From Tubulanus polymorphus (lineage: Eukaryota > Animalia > Nemertea), in NCBI RefSeq assembly GCF_964204645.1, contig NW_027437455.1, positions 1 to 64,000 of the forward strand: a DNA stretch of 64,000 bases, read 5' to 3'. The position numbers and the translations under genes are program-made. Position 1 is the stretch's first letter; every line of letters starts with the position of its first letter. Positions 37,553 to 45,929 of this stretch are shown here, piece after piece. The notes beneath the pieces were generated by a model. The model did no database searches. It was given only the letters and a program-made list of their open reading frames with translations, and was not told where the DNA came from.

Positions 37553-38124
37553 ATTATAGAATTCACCGTATATTGATGGATGAGTGGATGAATTGGATGA
37601 ATTGGAAGAGTGGATGAATGGAAGAGTGTAATAATATATAATTTACATATGTTTTTTATTTTTAAAACAGAAAGAGTTTGATTTGAAGATGTCATATAAT
37701 AATAAATATATTTTTATAAAATAATAAAATGACAGATAATAAATGTCATATAATAATAAATATATTTTCATAAAATAATAAATAATAAAATGATAAATAA
37801 TAAAATGATAAATAATAAATATATTTTTATAAAATAATAAATAATAAAATGATAAATAATAAAATGATAAATAATAAATATATTTTTATAAAATAATAAA
37901 TAATAAAATGATAAATAATAAATGTCATATAATAATAAATATATATTGTGTTAAATTTAATAAAGAATAAAAATATTATATTTATACTCATACTATTCTT
38001 CCAATTTATGTGTTAAAAAGTAAAATATATATATTATTATACTCATCCACTCTTCCACTCATCCAATTCATCCAACTCTTCCAACTCATCCATTCATCCA
38101 TCAATATACAGTGAATTCTATAAT
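37553..38124. repeat. Internal inverted repeat (~90-100-bp arms of TGGAWGAR units) enclosing AT-rich tandem repeats, between convergent gene blocks
   Basis: ATTATAGAATTCACCGTATATTGA(TGGAWGAR)n at 37553-37640 versus its reverse complement at ~38026-38124; ATAAATAATAAAATG-type repeats at ~37690-37945. Confidence 0.9.
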
Positions 38125-38128
38125 CTTT

Positions 38129-39148
38129 TTAATTTTCATTTTCATATTTTTCTTTAAGCTTATTGTATTCTAAATTTATATCCATTTGCATTTTCTTTGA
38201 TATAATTCCTGAACGATTCTCGAGTTTATATTTATGGAATTTTACTTTTGAAAATATTTTTGGAATATAATTTTCGATTTCAGTTTTAGATGGATGTTTA
38301 TTTAAAAATTCTCTAAAATCATCATATTTAAGTTCAAATAAGTTCATTGCATAACTTACATTTGGTTTAAAGTTATCTAACTTTTTCAATATGGTAACTA
38401 TATCATTACTCGAGAAATAATCTATAAATGTTTTTCTATACCACCGATAATCTAATATATTATTATTATTAAATTTTGGATTTATAACTCTTGGATCTTC
38501 TATTACATTATCTGTACCAATATGTTTAATTGAGTATTTATGATTCAATTGTTTATCATATATTACATATTCTTTACATTTTTCACACCAAGATTTAAAT
38601 ACTTTTATTGCATGGGCTGAATCATTTCCACTTTTTGTTTTTAATTTATAATGTTTTGCCCAATTAGCCTTTGTTATACATTCATTACAGAAAGCACAAC
38701 AATTCTGATCCTCTTTACATTTATCTTTATATATATTGGCATATGTTTTTACTAATTGTAAAATATGTTCATCTTTTTTGATGTGTAATAAATAATCATT
38801 GTAATTATCAAAATCTTCTTCACAATACATACATCTGATGTTATCTTTTGGTTGAACATTTGATTTTTCTATTTTAGGTTCAATATTATCATCATTCGAT
38901 GTAGAAGGTATAACATTATCTTCTATTTTTATATCAATATTATCTTTTATTTTAGGTTCAATATTATCTTCTATTTTTATATCAATATTATTATTACGTT
39001 CAATTAAATATTCTTTGTATTGATTTAATTCATTTAATAAAAATGTTCCAATATATTCATTTATTCTTTTATAAGGTATTACATAATACAAATCATCATC
39101 GATTTCTTTATCAGCTTTGATTCTTTCATATAGTTTACCTCCTTCCAT
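38129..39148 (-). CDS. Zinc-finger protein (three C2H2/matrin-like fingers) with internal DNI(D/E)xKI repeats
   Basis: CMYC...HIKKDEH; CAFC...WAKHY; CEKC...NHKYSIKH. Confidence 0.8.
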   Translation of the reverse strand: MEGGKLYERIKADKEIDDDLYYVIPYKRINEYIGTFLLNELNQYKEYLIERNNNIDIKIEDNIEPKIKDNIDIKIEDNVIPSTSNDDNIEPKIEKSNVQPKDNIRCMYCEEDFDNYNDYLLHIKKDEHILQLVKTYANIYKDKCKEDQNCCAFCNECITKANWAKHYKLKTKSGNDSAHAIKVFKSWCEKCKEYVIYDKQLNHKYSIKHIGTDNVIEDPRVINPKFNNNNILDYRWYRKTFIDYFSSNDIVTILKKLDNFKPNVSYAMNLFELKYDDFREFLNKHPSKTEIENYIPKIFSKVKFHKYKLENRSGIISKKMQMDINLEYNKLKEKYENEN

Positions 39149-39180
39149 TTATTATATATATTTTTATTAAAGTTAAAATT

Positions 39181-40428
39181 TTAATACATAACACTATCTA
39201 ATTGAGAATTTACAATATTTAATTGCGCGTCAGATATAGTATAAATATGCATTTTAAAATTTTTGATTCCCTTTTTCTTTGTCATGAATAATTGTATTCC
39301 ATCTTTTGTATTTTGTAGTTTTTTTCCAGAACCATGTAATGAATTATCCTCTGTTGTTCTAAAATCTAACCATAATGCAAATTTATTACTGGTATAATAA
39401 TCAATTTGATTAATGTTACAATTTTCAAATGATTTTACTTTTTCATTCATAAAATGTTTTTTAATTTCTACCCATTGATCTATCATTCTCATTCCTTGAC
39501 AAAATATTTTATTCGCTATACCTTCGATAGTTATTTGTACTTTTGTTATTTCAGGATTATAATAATTGTCAACATTTATTGCACCATTAGTATACGTTCC
39601 AATGGTAAAAAATATTAATATACCTTTAATAGATCTTCTAGGAAAGTTAATATTCTCATTAATTATTTCATCATTTGCATTAATAGTTACAGTTTTAAAT
39701 TTATCAATATAATCATATAATAATGAAAATCCTTGATTGTATTGAGTTTGAATTGTTCTAGCAATATTTTCATCAGTTACTGTATCATATTCTAAACATA
39801 TATTCGATAATTTATAACTCATATCTTTATTAACGCTAGATAATACAATTTCATTTACAGGAGCAAATGTTATCTCAAATACAATATCTTCTTGAATTGC
39901 GTATTTATATAAAGGTGCATTATTATTTATCAATTCAAAGTCTAATGGAATTTTATATTTGCTTCCATATATACTTTTTATCAATTTATCTACATCATTT
40001 GTTAATATTGCGCTATTAGCTTCTGATCTTAATTTATTTTGGTTTTCTGATTGAATTCCTTGAAATATCATATTATTTCTATTTTCTTTAGTTAACCATA
40101 AATCTTTATAGTGCATAAATAAATTATAATCATCTAATGAGAAAACTGTTTCTGGACCAATCTTTATTGTTAACTTTTTAATCAAATATCTTCCAACATT
40201 ATCAACGACATAATTATTATTATTACCGATTACTTTTATATCAGCTGATAAATAAATACTGTTTGGAACATAAAAAGTATTTTGTGTTAATCTCGGAATT
40301 CTAACGTATAAAGTTTCATCGGGATTAATATTTGAAGGGTTATGAGTAATTATATGATGTGATCTTTCTGCTTTAATAGCATTAGATATTCTATGATTCT
40401 TAGAAGGATTGATATAACTCCCACTCAT
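39181..40428 (-). CDS. Major capsid protein (double jelly-roll, Polinton PY/hexon-like)
   Basis: 415 aa, beta-rich; NPSNINPDETLYVRIP, GRYLIKKLTIKIG, YKLSNICLEYD, KFALWLDFRT, LHGSG motifs recalled from invertebrate Polinton MCPs; position in the virion block. Confidence 0.82.
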   Translation of the reverse strand: MSGSYINPSKNHRISNAIKAERSHHIITHNPSNINPDETLYVRIPRLTQNTFYVPNSIYLSADIKVIGNNNNYVVDNVGRYLIKKLTIKIGPETVFSLDDYNLFMHYKDLWLTKENRNNMIFQGIQSENQNKLRSEANSAILTNDVDKLIKSIYGSKYKIPLDFELINNNAPLYKYAIQEDIVFEITFAPVNEIVLSSVNKDMSYKLSNICLEYDTVTDENIARTIQTQYNQGFSLLYDYIDKFKTVTINANDEIINENINFPRRSIKGILIFFTIGTYTNGAINVDNYYNPEITKVQITIEGIANKIFCQGMRMIDQWVEIKKHFMNEKVKSFENCNINQIDYYTSNKFALWLDFRTTEDNSLHGSGKKLQNTKDGIQLFMTKKKGIKNFKMHIYTISDAQLNIVNSQLDSVMY

Positions 40429-40448
40429 TTATTTAACAAAAAAATTAA

Positions 40449-41873
40449 TTATTTATTTTTAATCATGTTTACTAACCCAAAAATAATTGCACTTACAACT
40501 GTAATTAAAAATAAAATAATATGTTCAGCAGCAAAGTTAAGAATATTACCTGCAGATTTTAAAACAAAACCAACAATTGAAGCAATAACTCCGGGTAATG
40601 CTGCAGCAGATTTTTTAGATAGTTCCCATAAATATTTTGCTAATTTCTTTAAACCATCTTTAACTTTATCTTGTATAGAATTATTGCTTGGAGGTTTATC
40701 TGGTTTATTAGGAGTGGGAGTAGATTTCAAAGCATTTGATATTGCTAAACCAATTGTTGTAAATAACATAGTTACAGCTGTTAGAATGGAAAGAATTGTT
40801 ATTCCTTCTAATTTAAATAATAATCTTATTCTGTCTTTTAATGATATTTCAGAATCTGGTTTAATCAACAAATCTTTAAAAATAACTTTTAATCTATTTA
40901 TATTATAATCATGTGATTTTAACAATAATTTAATTTCTTCTTTTTGTAATTCTATGTTATATTCTAAATCATCAATTTCTTTTTCTAAACGTAATTCTTT
41001 TTGATTATATTCTATTTCATCAATTACTTGATGATCTAAATCAGACTTTAATTTTTCTATTTCTTTATTTTTATCAGATAATTCTTTTTCTAAAGTTCTA
41101 ATTTTTTGATCTCTTATACTTTTATTATGTGCAATTTTATCAGCTTCATTTCTTATACTAATAATTTCTCTAATTGCTTCATCAGAAAATATATTTAAAT
41201 TTTCTAATTCTTGATCTGTTGCATCAAGTAATCCATTTGGTAAAAGTTTTTCAGTTTGAACTTTATTTGATTTAAGTTTACTAGTTTTGGAAGTTATATT
41301 CTGTTCAGAAGTTGTTTCTGTTTCTAAATTATTATTGATTATCTTAAAAAATTTAGCATTTCTTTGTTTAAATTCTTTTATATTATCAGATCTTTCTTTT
41401 TCTGTAACATCAATTATAGCATCATTATTGATTTTCTTAATTCTAGATTGTTCTAATAAATTAAAAGTTGATTTTGTTATTATTTTATCACCACTTTTAA
41501 GATTTGAAATCTTAAAATAATAGTCACCTTTCAATTTCCAATAATATTCACCATTTAAAAATTTTAAATTTTTTACTAAATGATTCATACCTTTATTTGT
41601 TATATTGAATCCAGATTTTTCTAATATTGGTTTAAATTCATAAATAATTTCATTATATTTTAATTCTTTTTCTGTTATTTCTGGTACTTCATTTTCAATA
41701 CTTATCTTTGAACGTGTTTTATCAATATATTGAGGTGTAGTTAAATTAGAATTATATGCTGTTTCATTACCATCATTAAAACTTGTTTCATCAAAATCAG
41801 GTGGTTGTTCATCAGTTATACCAGGTTCATCAAAAGGATCCATTCCAATATCTTCTACACCTTCTACATCCAT
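40449..41873 (-). CDS. Coiled-coil protein with C-terminal hydrophobic/amphipathic helices (putative membrane-active virion protein)
   Basis: Acidic N-terminus, heptad region (IRTLEKELSDKNKEIEKLK), then ITILSILTAVTMLFTTIGLAI, LPGVIASIVGFVL, IILFLITVVSAIIFGLV. Confidence 0.75.
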   Translation of the reverse strand: MDVEGVEDIGMDPFDEPGITDEQPPDFDETSFNDGNETAYNSNLTTPQYIDKTRSKISIENEVPEITEKELKYNEIIYEFKPILEKSGFNITNKGMNHLVKNLKFLNGEYYWKLKGDYYFKISNLKSGDKIITKSTFNLLEQSRIKKINNDAIIDVTEKERSDNIKEFKQRNAKFFKIINNNLETETTSEQNITSKTSKLKSNKVQTEKLLPNGLLDATDQELENLNIFSDEAIREIISIRNEADKIAHNKSIRDQKIRTLEKELSDKNKEIEKLKSDLDHQVIDEIEYNQKELRLEKEIDDLEYNIELQKEEIKLLLKSHDYNINRLKVIFKDLLIKPDSEISLKDRIRLLFKLEGITILSILTAVTMLFTTIGLAISNALKSTPTPNKPDKPPSNNSIQDKVKDGLKKLAKYLWELSKKSAAALPGVIASIVGFVLKSAGNILNFAAEHIILFLITVVSAIIFGLVNMIKNK

Positions 41874-41889
41874 TTACATAATAAAAAAA

Positions 41890-43278
41890 TTAAAATTTAA
41901 AATATAATATTCCTCCGATTACAATTCCTATACAAGTTATAGCTAATTTAGTATTTTCATGGGATTTATTATCATCATTTAGTTTAATTATATCATGTTG
42001 AATTTTATCAGTTCTATTATTTTCTGATGTATTGTAATCTTTTATTTTAGAATCATTATCCAATTTAATATTCTTAGTTTTAGTTTCTGTTGATTGAATG
42101 TGTTTTTTATTTTTTTCACCTTCCATTAATTTTGGAGCAGTAATAATCTTTTTATTTATATCATTTAACCCAAATGAATTATTTATTGTTGCAGTTTTAA
42201 TTAGATTATTATAACCAATTATATTTCCCATCTTTAATACTAAATCATTAGAAATAATTAATAGATTAGGGCCTATACAATAATTAAGTCTTACATGAGA
42301 TTTATCTAAATAATTTTGATATCTTATAATGTTTTCTGGAATCGATCTATTTTTATCATTATGAATTGAATCTTCAAATAAAACTTTAAACTGGTTTTGT
42401 GTATCGAATGATGTATTCAAATTTCCAATTATCGGTGATCTTGTTTCAACTTGTGATCCTAGAATACAAATCAAATAAGTTCTAATAGATTGATTTATTC
42501 TTTCTATACCTGATTTAGTAAAACCTTCACTATTTTCTAAAATAAAATAAACCCAACCATTATTGTTTTCTTGTTTTAAATTATCATAAAATTTTGGTAA
42601 TTTATTGAAATTTAATGTTTCTAAATCCTTTGTTTCTATTTTACCATAACCTAATTTTTTATTATAGATATTATAAAAACTATTAGATGGTATGGGAAGT
42701 GCACAATATTCTGCAATCTTTTTAGGGCATGGAAGTGATCTTATTGTTCCAATTTTTATTCTAAAATCAGAATTATTTATATCTATATTAAATTCATTGC
42801 AAATTTTATAAAACTTAGATAAATTAATATTATTATCTAATTCTTTAAAATATCTAGATCCTGGTAAAGCGCACTCTAATTCATTTAATATTATTCTGAT
42901 TTGAAAGTATGTATGAAATCTAAATAAACTTTGAATTAGTTTATATTTAGAATTATTTAAATGATCATTCCAACTTATTCCACATCCTGTTGTTGCACAA
43001 TAAACAGCAAAATTTAATTGGTTCTGCCAATACTTCATATTAGATTTTAATAACCATTGTTTTTCATCTTTCAATTTTTTAAAATTAATTAAATATACAT
43101 GAAATATATTTTCCATCTTTGCATTAAAATTATTAGTTTCAGTAACGTAAATTTCTAAATTAGTTAATGAATCTAAAACTTCATTTCTATATGTAATATC
43201 TTTATTAAAATCTATTGCTGGAATATTATATTTAATTGATTTATTATATCGGAAAGTTTTTGGAAAACTATCTGCCAT
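41890..43278 (-). CDS. Conserved Polinton hypothetical protein with C-terminal membrane anchor
   Basis: 462-aa intact ORF; WQNQLNFAVYCATTGCGIS and FRFHTYFQIR motifs recalled from related elements; C-terminal LAITCIGIVIGGILYF. Confidence 0.75.
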   Translation of the reverse strand: MADSFPKTFRYNKSIKYNIPAIDFNKDITYRNEVLDSLTNLEIYVTETNNFNAKMENIFHVYLINFKKLKDEKQWLLKSNMKYWQNQLNFAVYCATTGCGISWNDHLNNSKYKLIQSLFRFHTYFQIRIILNELECALPGSRYFKELDNNINLSKFYKICNEFNIDINNSDFRIKIGTIRSLPCPKKIAEYCALPIPSNSFYNIYNKKLGYGKIETKDLETLNFNKLPKFYDNLKQENNNGWVYFILENSEGFTKSGIERINQSIRTYLICILGSQVETRSPIIGNLNTSFDTQNQFKVLFEDSIHNDKNRSIPENIIRYQNYLDKSHVRLNYCIGPNLLIISNDLVLKMGNIIGYNNLIKTATINNSFGLNDINKKIITAPKLMEGEKNKKHIQSTETKTKNIKLDNDSKIKDYNTSENNRTDKIQHDIIKLNDDNKSHENTKLAITCIGIVIGGILYFKF

Positions 43279-43295
43279 TTATATAATTTAAAAAA

Positions 43296-43730
43296 TTAAT
43301 AATTTATTAATTCTTTTAATAATTTATCTTGTTCTTCAACTGTTATATGACCATTTAAACTTATTATATAATCTAGTGTGTTCTTTAATTTATTAATTTC
43401 TTTTATATTAGATTTTATTTTTTCTTTATTACTTTTTATATTTAATTTTGAACTTATACCAGTTAAAACACTTGAACTTAATCCTAATACACCAATTGAT
43501 ATAGCTAAAGGTGTTAATGGACTGAATATTGCTAGAAATGTTATTACAGAACTAATTGTAACCGAACCACTTATAATCAAATAATATATAATTTTACTTT
43601 TTAGATATTTTTTCTTTTTTATCTTTAAGTCACTTTCAAATTCTAATATTTGTTTTTCTAAATATGTTTTTAATTTAGTTTTATTTATATCATGAGGAAT
43701 AATATCAATACTATCAACTTTATCTTCCAT
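43296..43730 (-). CDS. Two-TM membrane protein (144 aa)
   Basis: IIYYLIISGSVTISSVITFLAIF and LAISIGVLGLSSSVLTGI flanked by helical charged segments. Confidence 0.8.
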   Translation of the reverse strand: MEDKVDSIDIIPHDINKTKLKTYLEKQILEFESDLKIKKKKYLKSKIIYYLIISGSVTISSVITFLAIFSPLTPLAISIGVLGLSSSVLTGISSKLNIKSNKEKIKSNIKEINKLKNTLDYIISLNGHITVEEQDKLLKELINY

Positions 43731-43749
43731 TTATTTAGAATAAAAATTA

Positions 43750-44167
43750 CTAATTAGTAAACTTATAAGCAACAAATATAACAATAACAGTTCCACCTAA
43801 AATCCATATTATTTCATATTTCTGTTGTTCTTTACTCGGGGTATAATAATCTGATAATTTAGGTTTGTATAGATTTTTCTTTATTTGTTACTGCGTTATA
43901 TAAACTCATTGCATCATCAACTGATTGAAAATCTCTATGTGAAATCTTCTGATCATATAATTCTTTATTGATGTAATCCATATAGTTTTGTCTCTTTTCT
44001 CTATATTCTTCTGCAGCTTTATTGTATTTCTCTAACGTTAAGTTATGTCTTCTTTGTTCTCCTAATGAACTATTTTTATCAATATGTTTAAATAAATATC
44101 CACCACCAGTAAATGCTAAAGCGTTAACAATTGCCGATCCTATAATAGTTATAATTGCAGAAGCCAT
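43750..44167 (-). pseudogene. Membrane protein gene interrupted by a +1 frameshift near 43875 (annotated ORF 43859-44167 is only the 5' part)
   Basis: After ...AVTNKEK the +1 frame continues NLYKPKLSDYYTPSKEQQKYEIIWILGGTVIVIFVAYKFTN* to 43750, filling the gap up to the next gene's upstream motif and adding a TM helix. Confidence 0.8.
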
Positions 44168-44190
44168 TTATTTAGCAAAAAATTATGCAT

Positions 44191-44412
44191 TTATATGGGA
44201 GGAATATATTTTTGTTTTTCCAAATAATCAATAGTTAAATTAGATAAAGTAACTGCTAATGTTAACTTTAAAATATCATTTATATCAAATCTATCAACAT
44301 TAACACTTCCCATTTTGAATACTTTTTTTAATACCATTGAATAACCAACAGTTCCAACTGATAGTAATGCGCCATTATATAATCCAGTTATTATCCACTT
44401 ATTATCACTCAT
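44191..44412 (-). CDS. Small hydrophobic protein (73 aa)
   Basis: Two hydrophobic stretches, C-terminal DYLEKQKYIP; TAAATG start; tight packing. Confidence 0.75.
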   Translation of the reverse strand: MSDNKWIITGLYNGALLSVGTVGYSMVLKKVFKMGSVNVDRFDINDILKLTLAVTLSNLTIDYLEKQKYIPPI

Positions 44413-44769
44413 TTATTTATCAAAAAAATCACTATCATCAAAATATTTAGTTATCTTAGTGATGATTATTTCAACATTTATTTTATTACTAGTTTCATTT
44501 GTATATATTTCAATTATTATTTTTTTAATATCATCGATTATAAAATCTTCATCTAATTCATAAAATCTTAAAGATTCTCTAATTAAATTAGTAATCTTTT
44601 CTACATTTAAAGTTTCTTTATCTATTGTTGTTTCATACTCAAATGTTGTTTCATTAGAAAATACAATATTTTTGATATGTGTTATTACATCATTAATATT
44701 AAATTTCATTTCTTTCTCACGTTTAAAATCAAATCCAAAACATATACTCGGTCCAACAGTTATATTCAT
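44413..44769 (-). CDS. Hypothetical protein (118 aa)
   Basis: Intact ORF, TAAATG start, stop abuts the next ATG. Confidence 0.7.
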   Translation of the reverse strand: MNITVGPSICFGFDFKREKEMKFNINDVITHIKNIVFSNETTFEYETTIDKETLNVEKITNLIRESLRFYELDEDFIIDDIKKIIIEIYTNETSNKINVEIIITKITKYFDDSDFFDK

Positions 44770-44785
44770 TTATATATCAAAAAAA

Positions 44786-45542
44786 TTACTCTCTACATCT
44801 TATAACTAATTCATATATCACAGGAAAGTTATTTAAATCAATTAAGTATCCATTATGATTTCTTATTTCTAATTTAAAATTATTAAATTTAGGAATGCAA
44901 GGTTTAAAATCACATTCTGTTAAATTATAATTTATTTGAGTTCCAAATTGTTTAACATTTTTTTAGCGGTAAAATATTTAGTATACTAGAACTACAAATT
45001 GTTTCTTTAGTTGCTTCGAAAGTTTTTGTGGGCTCGATTAAATTGCAATAAATATAAAAGTGTGTAAAAGGTATTATATTTGGCGTAGTATCAACATTTG
45101 AATAAACTTTATTTGGATTAACTCCTAGCATTTTAGCTAATGGTTTTCTTACTATGAATTTATATTGTTCATTAGTTAACTTTATTCTTATTTTATTAGT
45201 ACTATCGATTTTATTAAATTTAATGTTAAACCCAACAGATTCACCCACTTTTAACCGAGCTCTTCTATTAATTTCTTGTGCTAATGTATCTAAATTATAT
45301 AATCCTGGTCTTAGAAATAGATGATACCATTTATCCATATTTCTATCATGAATCATAAACAATCTATGATCAAAACTTTTATCCGATATATTGTAAAAAG
45401 AATTACATAAACTTATATTAACTAATTTTAAATCTACACAATTCTTAAATTCTCTATCTAATTGTACTAATAAATTATGAGATTTATAATTTGTAAGTTT
45501 TCTAGAATCAACAAATATTCTATATTCTTTTAATTCCGCCAT
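44786..45542 (-). pseudogene. Minor capsid protein (single jelly-roll penton, ~251 aa) with a +1 frameshift in an A7 run at 44958-44964
   Basis: IFVDSR, SFYNIS, LRPGLY, LAKMLG, FYIYCNLI motifs. Removing one A restores ...LPLKNVKQFGTQINY...FKLEIRNHNGYLIDLNNFPVIYELVIRCRE*, the typical penton C-terminus, ending at 44786. Confidence 0.85.
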
Positions 45543-45559
45543 TTATTTTACATATTTTC

Positions 45560-45901
45560 TTATTCGAAATCTATTTCATGGTGTCCTTTTTCATTCTTAC
45601 CTTTGTATATGAAATAGAAATCTCCAGAACATAATTCTTCTAGATCTTCACTTGATAATCTATGAAATCTATCTGGTAAATAAGTCCTGAATTTATATTT
45701 ATTTCCTTTTAATCCTTCATATTCTAAATGAATTACTAATTTATCTCCATATTTATTAGTAATTGTAACAATATTTGTAATTAAATATTTCTTGTGAATT
45801 GTTAACTCAGTTAGTTTTTTGAATTTATAATCTACAGATTTTACATTTGTGGTATCTTTAATTCTATCTAAGAATTCATTGTGTACTTGTTTACTCTCCA
45901 T
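45560..45901 (-). CDS. Small beta-rich protein next to pPolB (possibly OB-fold/ssDNA-binding)
   Basis: 113-aa intact ORF (FKKLTEL...KYGDKLVIHL...TYLPDRF...FIYKG); function is inference only. Confidence 0.65.
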   Translation of the reverse strand: MESKQVHNEFLDRIKDTTNVKSVDYKFKKLTELTIHKKYLITNIVTITNKYGDKLVIHLEYEGLKGNKYKFRTYLPDRFHRLSSEDLEELCSGDFYFIYKGKNEKGHHEIDFE

Positions 45902-45929
45902 TTATTATACAAATTTTAATTGAAATTTA

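Larger units (their letters stand above)
40426..44786 (-). promoter_or_regulatory. Recurrent ATTTTT(TT)-N6-8-TAAATG motif in front of seven consecutive virion-block genes
   Basis: Upstream of the ATGs at 40428, 41873, 43278, 43730, 44167, 44412 and 44769; the T-run starts 15-17 nt before the ATG in all seven. Confidence 0.75.

Noticed and set aside
44950-44970. Canonical programmed -1 ribosomal frameshift in the penton gene
   Set aside because: The shift needed is +1 (or -2), and no downstream stimulatory structure is evident.
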